Assembly: GCA_045159875.1 (NCBI GenBank)
Contig: CP067995.1
Span: 1,504,001-1,568,000 of the forward strand
From: a cyanobacterium endosymbiont of Rhopalodia gibba
Lineage (GTDB): Bacteria > Cyanobacteriota > Cyanobacteriia > Cyanobacteriales > Microcystaceae
DNA length: 64,000 bases
Reading direction: 5' to 3'
Position 1 is the first letter of the stretch, and the number at the start of each line of letters is the position of its first letter. A program made the translations under genes and the position numbers. The notes beneath the pieces were generated by a model, which worked only from the letters and a program-made list of their open reading frames with translations, was not told the origin of the DNA and ran no database searches. This document shows, in pieces, positions 11,045-23,004 of the stretch.

Positions 11045-13304
11045 GACAATTGAGTAAATGGACGTTATTAAAGTTATTAAACGAACAATGGGGAAGTTCG
11101 TCGTTGAACTCTAGCCTTTAATCACACGCTCAAATATAGTAACTAATTATTTTTAATGTGTTTATGCCTACCTAATTAAATTAACAAGAATAGGGGCTTG
11201 TTATTAAGCCTCTATAAATTATCCATTATTAACTGAAAATTTTAGAGTTATTAAATCTTCATCACAGTGATAAACTTCTAAGATGACAACATTATTTTGT
11301 ATCCTCCTAGATTAAATGTGATAGACTAACAAAAAAAATATCAGTCTAATAATACCCTTTTTCTAGGAAAATTAAAGTAAGTTCAGTTATGAACCTATTT
11401 TTATAATCAATTTAATTTTGATTAAACTGAACCAATAATGTGTAATTAATAAGTAAAATATCAATTCAAGATATTTTATAATATAGATTATACTAAGTTT
11501 ACGAGCCGATAAGTTTTTTTTTAGTTAATCTTAATTGGTTAATCCATCCCACTGTTTTGAAAGTTGTTTATCACTCAAAATAGATAATAATTATTTCAGT
11601 ACCATGTCTAATTTTTTTGCCCTATTTTAGGTAAAAAAATAAACCTTTCTAAAATTAGTTAGCTAACTTTAATGATACTGATATTTAGTGTAATTTATAT
11701 TTGAAATACAAGATATTTTTAACTATCAATATTTATTTTATTTAACTAAGGCAACTTTTTACTTTTTTACTAGTATTTAAAACTCCTATCTAAGAATTAA
11801 GCTTTAGTCATTTAATAGATTACTAACGAATTTTATTAGATAAAATTTGTTTACTATTATTTCGGTTTATGGCGTAAATTTATTCACAAATTTTTTATAG
11901 AATTTGCTAAGATCTATGACAACTTTCTAAATCTTAGTTATAACTTTTTACCCCAAGCTCTTATCTATTTTCCTGTTCTTTAAGATTTTCTTGTTTCTAT
12001 AATTCCTACTTTCACTCCTTTATCTAAATTTACTAGAGTACTAGGAAAAATTATTAGGATAATTTTATACTTTGCAAAGAAGTAAACATATAGTCAAGTG
12101 AGCGCTATTTCTTGTAAAAATCAGTAATGATATTTTAGTTCTTTTGTTAAAGAACTAAAATATAGATGAGATAACACTGCAGTCAATTATAAATGGAAAA
12201 GTATAGCAGAATCTAAAAAAATAAAAAATCAAATTTTTTGGCATATAAAATATGTTGATAATTAAACAAAAATAGCTTAATTATATAGAAATAATATTAC
12301 TCAATAATAATATCAATTATACGTACTTTGCAAAAATAACAAAAAAGATATAAATATTAAATAAAGAGACAAGAGTGAATAGTTTTAAAAAACTATTTAG
12401 ACAAAACTAGGTTTAATAAAAAGTCAAATTTTCTATAAAATTCTAATTTTAGAATAGAAAAAACTGGTTTAATTAGTGATTAAAAAGCAAAAAAATTACT
12501 AGTTTAAGTAAATAAAGTATTTGTAATAGAGATTTATTTAAATCTTAGTTATATCAAAGTTTAGTTTTTCAATGAAAACTAGTAGATATTATTATCTATA
12601 GTAATTTACCTCCTTATAAAGAAAGAACTTTTATAAAAAAATAAAAAAAGTTAAATGCGAACTATGATATTTTTTACTTTACTCTACGAATTCAAACAAA
12701 ATCAAGAATTGGTGGTCTGTCGCAAAAACTTTACTAAAACAAATGTTATCTAAATTGAAAACACTTAAAGAGTGTGTAGACATTGCTTTAAAAGCTGTAC
12801 AATATTTTCTTTATTTTTTAACAGTAAAAAATGTATTGATTGCTAAAGAATTCGTCAGTATTTGACGTAGTTATTCTTTTTTTTAAAAAAACACTGTGTA
12901 AACACTTAGTAGAAATTTCTGATTATATATAGATAATTCTGATAAATTTCATTGGTTATACTGTTAAGTTTCTATATAAAATTTATTTTAACTAATACAA
13001 TAATAATTAGCTCTTATTATCTGATTACACTGTAGAAAGTAATGAAGTTAGTAATAAAATAAAATGATGGATTTAGATAACATATTTATGAAATGGCATT
13101 GAATAACCATTTTTAAAACGATCAAATTTTATGAGGGAACAAACTAGATGCATTCAGTTTGTCTTATTTTAATACATAAATTTTTTATTACTCTATCAAC
13201 CTAATTTTACTAGATGTTAAACATCCAAATAAATTTAGTCTATCTCTTATATAACCTTCGCTTAGTAGGGAGAAACTCAGCCACTTTTAAGCAGAATATC
13301 CCGA

Positions 13305-13350
13305 CTTAAAAAGAGTTTAAATTTTTGTAAAAATTTAAACTCTTTTTAAG
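13305..13350. terminator. Perfect 22-bp-arm inverted repeat immediately after the grxC stop
   Basis: CTTAAAAAGAGTTTAAATTTTT-gt-AAAAATTTAAACTCTTTTTAAG. Confidence 0.6.
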
Positions 13351-13351
13351 A

Positions 13352-13630
13352 TTATGTAGCTTTTAAACCCGTTGTAGTCAAGAGAGCATCTAGTTTACTC
13401 ATTGATTCCAATGAATATAATTCATCACATCCACCAATAGGTTCATTATTAATAAAAATTTGGGGAAGACTACTACGACCTTCAGCTCTTTGTTTCATTT
13501 TTTCCTTTGCTTCATAATCTCCATCAATACAATATTCAGTATACTTTACTCCCTTTTTATTGAGTAAGGCTTTAGCTCGAATACAGAAAGGACAGGTACT
13601 CCAAGTATAAATTTCAACGTTAGCAGTCAT
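13352..13630 (-). CDS. grxC: Glutaredoxin 3
   Basis: CPFC active site, LPQIFIN, IGGCD. Confidence 0.95.
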   Translation of the reverse strand: MTANVEIYTWSTCPFCIRAKALLNKKGVKYTEYCIDGDYEAKEKMKQRAEGRSSLPQIFINNEPIGGCDELYSLESMSKLDALLTTTGLKAT

Positions 13631-13807
13631 TTTGATCCTGAATCTAAGTTTTTAGTTTTAAATCTAAATTGTACTAAAATTTACCCCGAGATTAGTTAAC
13701 CATTACCTAAAAACGAAGTAATAGGAACATTTTTAGTTAAGAATTGAAGGTCTAGATAGGTTATTCTAAAATCTAGACTAGTACCTGCTGTCACGTTGGT
13801 CAAACTT

Positions 13808-15580
13808 ATGAAAAAGTTATTATTCTTCAGTTTATTTATTATAGGGCTCTGGGTAGCTCTGTATAATTTCAAGGGACTAGCAAATCAAGGGGAATTTGAT
13901 TCGATAGTGATTAATTTTCGTGAAGATGTTCCTACCTCAGTTATCAGTAAACAATTAGGAGCGATTAATAAACAATATAAAAAGACTGTTAGTCTCAATA
14001 GTATTTTTTCTGCTGATGAACACATCTACACTGTATCAGGGGATAAAACGTTCCTTAAGCTGATAAAACAGTCTTCTATCAAAAAATATATTGAATACTC
14101 TGAACCCAATTATATTTATAAGTCTTTAGAAATCCCCAACGATCCAGACTATAGCAAGCAATGGAACTTGCATAGCATTCATATTGAAAAAGCTTGGGAA
14201 AATAGCAAAGGGGAAGGAATCACTGTTGCCGTTATTGATACAGGAGTTAGTAGAATTCCTGATTTACGACAGACAGAATTCGTTGAAGGGTACGATTTCG
14301 TCAACGATCACACCGATGTCTCTGATGATAATGGTCATGGAACTCATGTTGCTGGAATCATTGCCCAATCGACGAACAACAAGTATGGAGTGGCTGGTAT
14401 TGCCTACCATGCTAAGATTATGCCTCTCAAGGTTCTTGGTGGTGGAGGTAGGGGAACTGTTGCTGATATTGCTGAAGCCATTCGCTTTGCTGCTGATCAT
14501 AATGCCGATGTGATTAACTTAAGTCTTGGAGGGGGTGGTGAAAGTCAAGTTATGAAAGATGCTATTAACTATGCTTACTCAAAAAGTCTTGTTATTATTG
14601 CTGCTGCGGGGAATTCCAATCAAAATGCTGCTTCCTATCCTGCCCGATATCCTAAAGTGATTAGTGTTTCTGCTCTAGATGCGGCTGGTAAAAAGACAAC
14701 TTATTCTAATTATGGGGCTGGAATTGATATTTCTGCTCCTGGCGGTAGTGAAACGGGAAAGATTATTCAAGAGACAATTAACCCTCAGACGGGAAAATCG
14801 ATTTTTGTCGGGTTCCAGGGGACGAGTATGTCCGCCTCTCACGTCGCGGGTGTAGCGGCTTTAATTAAGGCTTCTGGTATTAAAGAACCATCTGAGGTAT
14901 TAGCTATCCTTAAACGGTCCTCTCGTAATGTTCCAGAAGATCCTTTTAACCACTACGGGGCAGGACAATTAAATGCAGGGAAAGCGGTTTCCTTAGCCTT
15001 TAAAGGTCAAATTATCTTCCGTGACTTTTTCCGATGGATGCGCGATAATGGCCACCTTGCCCCTCGTTTTTGGATTGATGATGATGTAGTGGCGTTAGTT
15101 CCCAAACTATTAATGCTTGTGGGGTCTTATCTGTTGGCTTGGTTCTTAAGGGTCTATTTTCCTTTTCCTTGGACTGGACCTCTAAATTGTGGGCTAATTT
15201 TGGGAAGTTCAGGATTGTTTTTTCTCCAAGGAATCTATATTTTTGATTTACCTCAATGGCCCTTCAGAGTTATGGGAAGTTCTATTCCAGAATTGGCTAA
15301 TTCTATTCGCGGAACTTCTTTACTAAATCCTTTTTTAGCTAGTATTTTAGTTCCTTTTATTGTGATATTTTTTTTATTAGGTTATATACCAGTAAAATCA
15401 TTTGTGTTGGGAATTTCTTTAGGAGTCGCTTCTTGTTTGACAGTTCATGCTGTTATGAATCCTGCCGTTTTAGGAATACCTTCAGTAGATATTTCTAGAA
15501 TTTTTTTAGGAGTCAATGTTATTCTGTGTTTTGGATTAGTTTGGTTAATAGTGAGAAAAGAAGATAAAACCGCACAATGA
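13808..15580 (+). CDS. Membrane-anchored subtilisin-like serine protease (S8) with C-terminal multi-TM domain
   Basis: VAVIDTG, HGTHVAG and GTSM catalytic motifs; N-terminal signal/anchor; hydrophobic C-terminus; start at ATG 13808. Confidence 0.93.
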   Translation: MKKLLFFSLFIIGLWVALYNFKGLANQGEFDSIVINFREDVPTSVISKQLGAINKQYKKTVSLNSIFSADEHIYTVSGDKTFLKLIKQSSIKKYIEYSEPNYIYKSLEIPNDPDYSKQWNLHSIHIEKAWENSKGEGITVAVIDTGVSRIPDLRQTEFVEGYDFVNDHTDVSDDNGHGTHVAGIIAQSTNNKYGVAGIAYHAKIMPLKVLGGGGRGTVADIAEAIRFAADHNADVINLSLGGGGESQVMKDAINYAYSKSLVIIAAAGNSNQNAASYPARYPKVISVSALDAAGKKTTYSNYGAGIDISAPGGSETGKIIQETINPQTGKSIFVGFQGTSMSASHVAGVAALIKASGIKEPSEVLAILKRSSRNVPEDPFNHYGAGQLNAGKAVSLAFKGQIIFRDFFRWMRDNGHLAPRFWIDDDVVALVPKLLMLVGSYLLAWFLRVYFPFPWTGPLNCGLILGSSGLFFLQGIYIFDLPQWPFRVMGSSIPELANSIRGTSLLNPFLASILVPFIVIFFLLGYIPVKSFVLGISLGVASCLTVHAVMNPAVLGIPSVDISRIFLGVNVILCFGLVWLIVRKEDKTAQ

Positions 15581-16644
15581 TTGCAGTATGAGAAAGCTAA
15601 AAAATGATTACTGAAATCTATTTTTTAACTTGTTTTTTATATAAAAACGGATTAATTATATAAAATCAACTAGTACAATGCTCAGTCAAGAAACTCAGAA
15701 GATAAAATTGACGGAGTTTCTCAATCTATATATTTTTATTATTCGTCAACTTCAATTATTGAAATAGGCAATTATTTCTAAGATACAATGCTTAATTATT
15801 TCGAAGCTTTTTACGCCAATTAGCTAATTTTAATAGTTCTTATACCTAGCCTAGGTTTTTATCAAAAATCTTCCAAGGCTTTCTTTTGAACGGTGTATTT
15901 TTGAAATAATTAGAAATATCTTACAAATTTAAGTTTTATTTTGTTTATTGCTTAAATATTCTTAATTTTTAAGCAAAGTATATTTGTTTTTATTTAACTA
16001 AGACAATTTTTTTTTGATAAATATTGTTAAACTTTTAGCTTCTCGTTTAAAAGTTTTACTTTTGAGCACTAGGTTGCTTCAATAGGCACAATCTATCTGC
16101 TATTATTTTAACTTGCTATACTAATTTTTTCAGAAAATTCGTAGAGAATTATTCAGAATATATACTTACCTCTGTAATTTCAATAAAAGCCTTATGATAA
16201 ACTTATTATTTTATTGTTCAATTACAACAACTTAAATATCTAAGTTTTTAAATTTGTATTTTAAAATGTAAATTTTTAAAAATCATTTGTATTTATTCTC
16301 CACTTACCCCATTGCTTTTAACTACATTTTTATATATGACTATTTAAGACCTCTTCAATAATTTTTATCTTAAGTCTTTCAGTTTATATTCTTTTTTGCT
16401 TAACCTTTCAATACATTGATTGAGTCTCATTTAACGACAGTCTATCTTGAAATAGACATTGGTTTTCTCTGTCCAAGACAAATCTCTAACAGTTCGTTCA
16501 TTATTTTTGTGAAGGTTTTTAGTAGCTAAACTACAATAAATACAAGTTACTGAAGAATAACACCCTCAGTCCTTTCAAGTCATAAAATTTTTTCGTTGCC
16601 TAAACCTAGGGAAAAACAGAAAATAAATAGACATTTTTCTCTAT

Positions 16645-17904
16645 TTAATTTGGCTGACGAAAAAGTGCAAAAACAGAAGTATAACCATGTAAAAAAGTTT
16701 GTTCCCCTACCGGGCCAATTTCTCCGTTACAGAAAAAGCCCCCCAAAGGTAGTTGGGGCAAATAACGACGGAACAACCCTGAATCAAAATTTGGCTGGTT
16801 ATAAAGAGCTTCTCCACGTCCTAAACAAGAAAACATTAACGCGCCCTGAACTTTTTTGTCTAGTTCGCCAGAAGTGACATAAGTCCTGAGAAGAAGTTCT
16901 AAATCATCTGCCGAAGTTTTAGCATCGCGCAGATGAAATTGAATCCGTTGACCTGGACGAACGAGATTGCCGATAGCAATCGCCCCTACTCGCGGATCAA
17001 TCCCAACCAAGTGGCGAATCAAAAAATCTCCAGATTGTAAATTGTATTTAAATTCATCGCTAACAACCCCAATGAACAGAGAATGTTTAGCTAATTGACG
17101 ATCATCTTTATCCAACGTTTTAATTAACTCTCTAAGAGATTCTAAAGGAGAGCGATGAACTATGGGTTGAGCCATATTTTCCAGCTTTCCCAACTGTAAA
17201 ATAACATTGCGTCCCCCTTTCGTAATTTGATAGGGCTGACCAATAGGACGACACCCTTGAGCAACAATAGATTCAACTATAATCTTTCCATTCAAGGCTA
17301 GTCCTACAGTTCCCTGATGACATAGCTTAAGCTCTGAACGTTCTGAAGTATAATAAAACAAAGTACTTTGAACATTCATAACCCCTGTACTCGCTAGTCC
17401 ACCAATTTTTACTGAATTTGGGTACGCAAAATCAAGTCCAGCTAATAAATCATTAATTCCTCGGAAAAAGGGATCAGACAAAAGAATAAAATGGGGGTTT
17501 TGTTGAAGAGGAACACCCACAAGTTTACTCCAAGCATCGGGGGGACTGTCGAGATCGGGTAAATTTTCAGGAATAAGATAGAAGGCTTGAACATCAACCT
17601 CCGGTAAGCTAGCAACAGTAAGACTCAGAGCAGGTCCACTTTCAACCTCAATAATTTGGGTAGAATTCTCCACGCCAATTGCTCCCCCGCCACTACAGCC
17701 AATAAGAATGGGTAAAGATAACTTTTCCAGAATTAGGGAAATTAATCTAGAATAATCGCTAGCATATGCCGAAGAAATAAATAAGATACCCAAATCAGGG
17801 GATTGAGATAAAGATTTTTTAACTCTGTCTACAACTTCCGTGACTGCTGCTTCTAGTGATGGACGGATGGATAAAGCATTAACCCACTGCATTTGATTGA
17901 CCAT
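16645..17904 (-). CDS. FIST N/C sensory domain protein
   Basis: VAQGCRPIG, FSCLGRG and GFFCNGEIGP motifs. Confidence 0.92.
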   Translation of the reverse strand: MVNQMQWVNALSIRPSLEAAVTEVVDRVKKSLSQSPDLGILFISSAYASDYSRLISLILEKLSLPILIGCSGGGAIGVENSTQIIEVESGPALSLTVASLPEVDVQAFYLIPENLPDLDSPPDAWSKLVGVPLQQNPHFILLSDPFFRGINDLLAGLDFAYPNSVKIGGLASTGVMNVQSTLFYYTSERSELKLCHQGTVGLALNGKIIVESIVAQGCRPIGQPYQITKGGRNVILQLGKLENMAQPIVHRSPLESLRELIKTLDKDDRQLAKHSLFIGVVSDEFKYNLQSGDFLIRHLVGIDPRVGAIAIGNLVRPGQRIQFHLRDAKTSADDLELLLRTYVTSGELDKKVQGALMFSCLGRGEALYNQPNFDSGLFRRYLPQLPLGGFFCNGEIGPVGEQTFLHGYTSVFALFRQPN

Positions 17905-18225
17905 AAAAAATTAACAAAATTACAAAACGACAAGTAATTATAGAGCAACAAAAAGAATTATTAGTTAATAAACACAGATAAGATAGAATCACTTCGATAA
18001 TTATGTCTTAAGAGCTCAATCAAAGACAGAGAAATTTTGCGATTCAGTCAATTCTTAAAATCCACTTTTCTTAGGAGAAGATTGGGAATTAATCATAATA
18101 TAAATAGGTATGGGTGGAAGAGGTATCTATAACCATGAGATGAGTCGTGACACAGATAAATCCGTTAGGATAAACTGGACTCTCGATACCTATAAAATTA
18201 AAGTCAAGAAAACAAACGAGGAATC

Positions 18226-18450
18226 ATGGGTAACATCGAAAATCAAATTGAACGAGAGAGACAAAACGCTAAAATCGTTTGCAGTATCGAAGGAGATAGT
18301 TCTGGTGATTGTGCTGCCGCTTGGGATGCCGTCGAAGAATTGCAAGCAGAGGCTTCTCACCAAAGACAAAAAAAACTTACTAAAACCCCTTTTGAGACTT
18401 ATTGTGATAATAATCCTGACGCGGTTGAATGTCGAGTTTATGAAGACTAG
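18226..18450 (+). CDS. cp12: Calvin-cycle regulatory protein CP12
   Basis: 74 aa with N-terminal Cys pair, AWDAVEEL core and C-terminal YCDNNPDAVECRVYED; GAGG SD upstream. Confidence 0.96.
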   Translation: MGNIENQIERERQNAKIVCSIEGDSSGDCAAAWDAVEELQAEASHQRQKKLTKTPFETYCDNNPDAVECRVYED

Positions 18451-18606
18451 CGGTTAAGACACTGGCAGATTCCGTCTGTTGTCCATTGACCGATATCATA
18501 ACCTAGCGGCAGTGAACAATCTAACCGTAGATCATCACTGCTGTTCTGAGCGGAAAAGACATCCCTTTAAAATGATTAGAGCGTTTTTTGAGGAACTTAA
18601 AACAAA

Positions 18607-19236
18607 ATGGAAGAACTATGGTTTCGTCCTTTAGTTTGGACTGATTATCGGTTAGCGATGTCATTCATTGTTATAATACCCACAATTTTGATTATCTGGT
18701 CTCTAGTTCGACAAGCAGAAGCCATTAGTCGTCTTCTCATTATTTATTGGCGAGTGGCTAGTTTATTAATGATCACAGTCTATTTGTTGGTTCCAGCCTG
18801 GGGGATCGAAAACTCTGCTTTTGAAAATCTTTGTGGACAAATTGGCTTTATCACTGCTTTGGTCGCTCGTATTCTTATTCCCATTTCCCTTTGGTTTTGG
18901 GTGGATCTTAACGACGAAATCAAGGATTTACCTCCGAGCTTTCTAAAGTTAGTAGTTGTCTCCTGGCGTTGGGCAATGACAGTTTATTGTAGTTTAGGGG
19001 TCATCGCTAGTGTTCCTTTTTTGTCCTGTGCCTTTTCCCTAGACTTACTTTCAAGTCCCTTCTGTCAAGTTTGGATTGAGGCTCCTTTGGGATATCGTTC
19101 TATTGTTCATAGCGATGCCACTCAAGGATTTATCGGATTTTTAGGCCTGTTAGGATTGTCGGTATATGTTCTTTATTTTGCCTATTTTCTCTTAATCCGA
19201 CTTGGTAAGCAAGGACGCTTAGCTCTTGAACAGTAA
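18607..19236 (+). CDS. Conserved cyanobacterial membrane protein (DUF3177-like)
   Basis: WFRPLVWTDYRLA...YWRVASLL...RLGKQGR pattern; several TM helices. Confidence 0.75.
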   Translation: MEELWFRPLVWTDYRLAMSFIVIIPTILIIWSLVRQAEAISRLLIIYWRVASLLMITVYLLVPAWGIENSAFENLCGQIGFITALVARILIPISLWFWVDLNDEIKDLPPSFLKLVVVSWRWAMTVYCSLGVIASVPFLSCAFSLDLLSSPFCQVWIEAPLGYRSIVHSDATQGFIGFLGLLGLSVYVLYFAYFLLIRLGKQGRLALEQ

Positions 19237-19879
19237 AATAGAGTGGAAGTGGTACGAATTTAGAATTGAAAACTCAGGAAAAATAATTACCTGAGCCTTC
19301 TTTTAATAAATAAAAAAATAAAGATTTAAACCTTTATTTTTTAAAGTCAAACAATTGAATTTTTTGCTCTCTAAAGTTAATAACAAATCCTGCTATTAGA
19401 CACTAGAAAATTTAAAAGAGCCTAATCCAAATTTTAATTTTTTAAAGTTTTTCCGGCTCTTTGATGAAAATAACGGGTTTCAAGATTTAAATTTCTTTAA
19501 TTTTGAAATCTGCTATTGTTACTATTGATTGTTTGTCTAGTCCCTATATAACGAAATAGTCCTTAGTATTTGTAACAAGAACTTACTGAGGAACAAATAA
19601 AAAATTTTAAAGGCAATGAGAATTGAATCATTAATAGATTTGATACTCCCCCAGACAAATCGTACAAGCTTACAGCACAAGTTTCCTCATCTGATAATTA
19701 AGATGCTACTATCGACTATCTATCAGCTGAAATATATCTTTTGTTAACTAAGTATTTTTCCAGATGTTTATTAGACTTGTTCTAAAGTCTAGTTTTTCTA
19801 GCTTTATCGTTAAACTTTAATTTATTTTATACCGATCCATTGAACATTATGGGTACTACTCCAACATTTAATACTGTAG

Positions 19880-20287
19880 CTAGAAAAATTGTTGAAAGAC
19901 TTTTAGGGACTCTAGATGCTGATTTTTTTGTTGTAATTGGGTAACAATTGAATTGCAAACTAAATCACATAAAGAAAAAACTAAAGGGTTCGCAATTGCA
20001 TAAATTACATTAACCCCCTGTTGGGTTCGTGTCACAATTCCTGCTTGGGTGAGAAGTTTTAGGTGTTTAGATACATTTGCTTGTCCTAAACCCGTAATTT
20101 CAATAATCTCAGAGACATTTTTTTCCCCTTTTTTAAGAGTGCAGACGATCTGTAATCGACTAACTTCAGATAAAATTTTAAAAAAATCCGCAATCATACC
20201 CAAAACAGCTGGAGATAAGTTAGACGTCTCAGAGTCCACCGATAATGCTATCTCTATTACTGATTGTGAGTTAAAGCTTTGAAGCAT
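19880..20287 (-). CDS. ArsR/SmtB-family transcriptional regulator
   Basis: FKILSEVSRLQI and GLGQANVSKHLKLL helix-turn-helix. Confidence 0.92.
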   Translation of the reverse strand: MLQSFNSQSVIEIALSVDSETSNLSPAVLGMIADFFKILSEVSRLQIVCTLKKGEKNVSEIIEITGLGQANVSKHLKLLTQAGIVTRTQQGVNVIYAIANPLVFSLCDLVCNSIVTQLQQKNQHLESLKVFQQFF

Positions 20288-21124
20288 ATTGCTATAGAGT
20301 TTACTAACTGAATAGTCATATTAACTTTTTGCAGTATAGCTTGATTTACCGCTAATTTGTCATATTACTAGATATTAGTAGGTTAAGGTGATCGTCAAGA
20401 TAAGGGGATAAAAACTTAAATCATTATGGAATAAATCTTCTATGGGAATAGTTAATGGAGTAATTTCATCAAAAACATTGAAATAACAAAATAAATAGAA
20501 AATATCAAAAATAATGTTGAATAGTCTTTTTAATAAAATGCGATTATCAAACAAAGTTTTTATTTAAAAATACTGTAGAAAATAAATTTTATTAAAATTA
20601 AACTGATGCGAGATAGTTTAAATAGAAAAAAATCCAAAAAAAGTAGTTTTTTTAAAGTAATAGAAGTTAATGTAGACTGATTTAAACAAAATTTATTTTA
20701 TGCCTATTTACGTTTACTTTTTAAAATATTTATTTTAAAAAGTAAAGATAGACTATGTTAACTTTAGTTTATTTTTATATATAAAATACTGACTTAATAG
20801 GTACTCAATAATATCAAGCAAAACTTAGCAAATAAAATTATTATCGTTATTTTTTAATTTTACTAGATCTAATTCAGAAAATACATATTATCTAATCCAC
20901 ATAATCTTAATCCAAGCTGACTCATTTAATAAGAGCTGATTTTTTTAAAAAAATTCATGTACATTTAATATAAATCTGAGTAGACGATTATGCTGTACAG
21001 GATAGTTTACATGAATAATTAAATTAATACATATTAGCCAATATTAACCTACATTAATGTTTTTTTTGGTAAGAAATATCTATCATGGTAAAGTGATGAA
21101 AGCACCTACGCGAATTGAAAAACA

Positions 21125-21304
21125 ATGACAACCCATTTTATTACTGCTGAAGTCAGCCTTCAAGAAAATACCTTAAGATTACATGAAGAGATTGAAGCTG
21201 AACTTGAAAAACAAGGAGAACCTCTTCGCTGGGCGATCACAGAAGTAGACACTAAAAAACAAATTGTTCACATAGAAGGAATTATTACAAATAGCAATAA
21301 GTAA
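21125..21304 (+). CDS. Small conserved cyanobacterial hypothetical protein, 59 aa (below the ORF-track size cutoff)
   Basis: MTTHFITAEVSLQENTLRLHEEIEAELEKQGEPLRWAITEVDTKKQIVHIEGIITNSNK; the GEPLRWAIT motif is one I recognise from cyanobacterial small proteins; ends 11 nt before the next gene. Confidence 0.8.
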   Translation: MTTHFITAEVSLQENTLRLHEEIEAELEKQGEPLRWAITEVDTKKQIVHIEGIITNSNK

Positions 21305-21315
21305 AATTCACTATA

Positions 21316-22401
21316 GTGGTTCATCTTTCTTATACCGTCGTTTTAATTGTTCCCACCGGAATTGGGGCTGCTATTGGGGGTTATGCGGGAGATGCTCTTC
21401 CTGTTGCCCGTGCTGTCTCCCAAGTGTGTGACCGCTTGATCACACACCCAAATGTTCTTAATGGAGCACAACTCTACTGGAATCTTCCCAACACCTTTTA
21501 CGTTGAAGGATATGGACTTGATCGCTTTGCTCGAGGAGATTGGGGACTGCAACCAGTTCATCAAAACCGAGTTGGTTTAATTTTAGACCAAGGTTTAGAA
21601 CCAGAATTACAAACACGTCATCTACAAGTTGCTGATGCTACTAGAGCTACTCTAGGATTAGACATAACCGATTATATCCTTACCGACACTCCTCTAGAGA
21701 TTGAACTACGTATCGCTTCTTCTGGGATAAGTTGGGGAACTATTGGTAACCCAGATAGTTTACTCAGAGCAGCAGAAACATTAATCACCCAAGCCAAAGT
21801 CCAGGCAATCGCAGTTGTTGTCCGTTTTCCCGATGAGCTTGACAGTTTAGCTTTAGATAGCTACCGTCATGGTCAAGGAGTTGATCCCTTAGCGGGAGCA
21901 GAAGCAGTTATTTCCCACTTAATTGTCCGTAAATTTGGTATTCCCGCTGCTCATGCTCCTGCTTTAATGCCTCTACCCCTTGAGCCAAATCTTTCCCCCC
22001 GTGCCGCAGCCGAAGAACTTGGTTATACTTTTTTACCTTGCGTTTTAGTGGGGTTGAGTCGCGCACCTCAGTTTGTTTACACAGGGGGAGTGGATTTTAG
22101 TTCAACACTTGTGGATTCTGTGATTTGGGGAAATCAAGTCGATGCAGTAATTATTCCAGAGACTGCTTGTGGAGGGAGTGCTATTCTCAGTTTTAACCAG
22201 GAGAACACCCGTATTATTACGGTTGCAGAAAATCGAACCAAATTACAAGTTACCCCAGAGTCCCTCGGAATTCAGGCGATTAAGGTAAACTCTTATTTAG
22301 AGGCGTTAGGTGTTTTAGTCGCTCATCGTGCTGGGATCAGTGTTAGTGCCTTGCATCCTACTGTCTCATCCCTTAATTGTTTCTCTAAAACTCGTGACTA
22401 A
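21316..22401 (+). CDS. DUF3326-family protein
   Basis: IVPTGIGAAIGGYAGDA, THPNVLNG, GVDPLAGAEAVISH, AAAEELGYTFLPC. Confidence 0.88.
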   Translation: MVHLSYTVVLIVPTGIGAAIGGYAGDALPVARAVSQVCDRLITHPNVLNGAQLYWNLPNTFYVEGYGLDRFARGDWGLQPVHQNRVGLILDQGLEPELQTRHLQVADATRATLGLDITDYILTDTPLEIELRIASSGISWGTIGNPDSLLRAAETLITQAKVQAIAVVVRFPDELDSLALDSYRHGQGVDPLAGAEAVISHLIVRKFGIPAAHAPALMPLPLEPNLSPRAAAEELGYTFLPCVLVGLSRAPQFVYTGGVDFSSTLVDSVIWGNQVDAVIIPETACGGSAILSFNQENTRIITVAENRTKLQVTPESLGIQAIKVNSYLEALGVLVAHRAGISVSALHPTVSSLNCFSKTRD

Positions 22402-22987
22402 TCCTAAATTGTCTGACATAGAACCGTTAACTCGTGAGCAAATTTTAGTAGTAATGGGGGTAACAGCAGTTATTCTTTTAATTATTGCTAAAGTTTGGCA
22501 GAAAATATGGTCTGTTATCCTACTAGATGTTCAATTAACCTCCAACGCTATTTTAGGTGGTTTAGGGGTAGCAGGGGGAATTATTGTCACTAGCAGCATT
22601 ATTTATTCTCTCTGTCCAGCCTATCGTCAAAGTGCAGACACTTACTTTAAATTGATAATTCGACCGTTGATTTGGTTAGATTTAATTTGGTTAGGATTAT
22701 TACCAGGGTTAAGTGAAGAACTGTTGTTTCGTGGAGTAATGTTGCCCGCATTGGGATTAAATTTACTGGGAGTGATTCTGTCAAGTGTCGTCTTTGGTGT
22801 GCTTCATTCAAGTGGGGCGCAACAGTGGCCTTATGTAGTTTGGGCAACGACAGTAGGATTTGTGTTAGGTTATAGTGCTTTAGTGACGGGGAATCTAGCG
22901 GTTCCTATCATAGCCCACATTGTTACTAATTTAGTATCTAGTAGCTTGTGGAAAATTAGTAAGTCGGTGAAAATACATTCTAATTAA
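22394..22987 (+). CDS. CPBP/Abi (CAAX-type) intramembrane metalloprotease
   Basis: EELLFRG, FGVLH and AHIVTN motifs; probable GTG start overlapping the upstream stop. Confidence 0.9.
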   Translation: MTNPKLSDIEPLTREQILVVMGVTAVILLIIAKVWQKIWSVILLDVQLTSNAILGGLGVAGGIIVTSSIIYSLCPAYRQSADTYFKLIIRPLIWLDLIWLGLLPGLSEELLFRGVMLPALGLNLLGVILSSVVFGVLHSSGAQQWPYVVWATTVGFVLGYSALVTGNLAVPIIAHIVTNLVSSSLWKISKSVKIHSN

Positions 22988-23004
22988 TAATTGATAGTTA
23001 ATAT

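Noticed and set aside
18110..18457. 115-aa ORF overlapping cp12 in another frame
   Set aside because: Shadow of the clearly conserved cp12; no recognisable motifs
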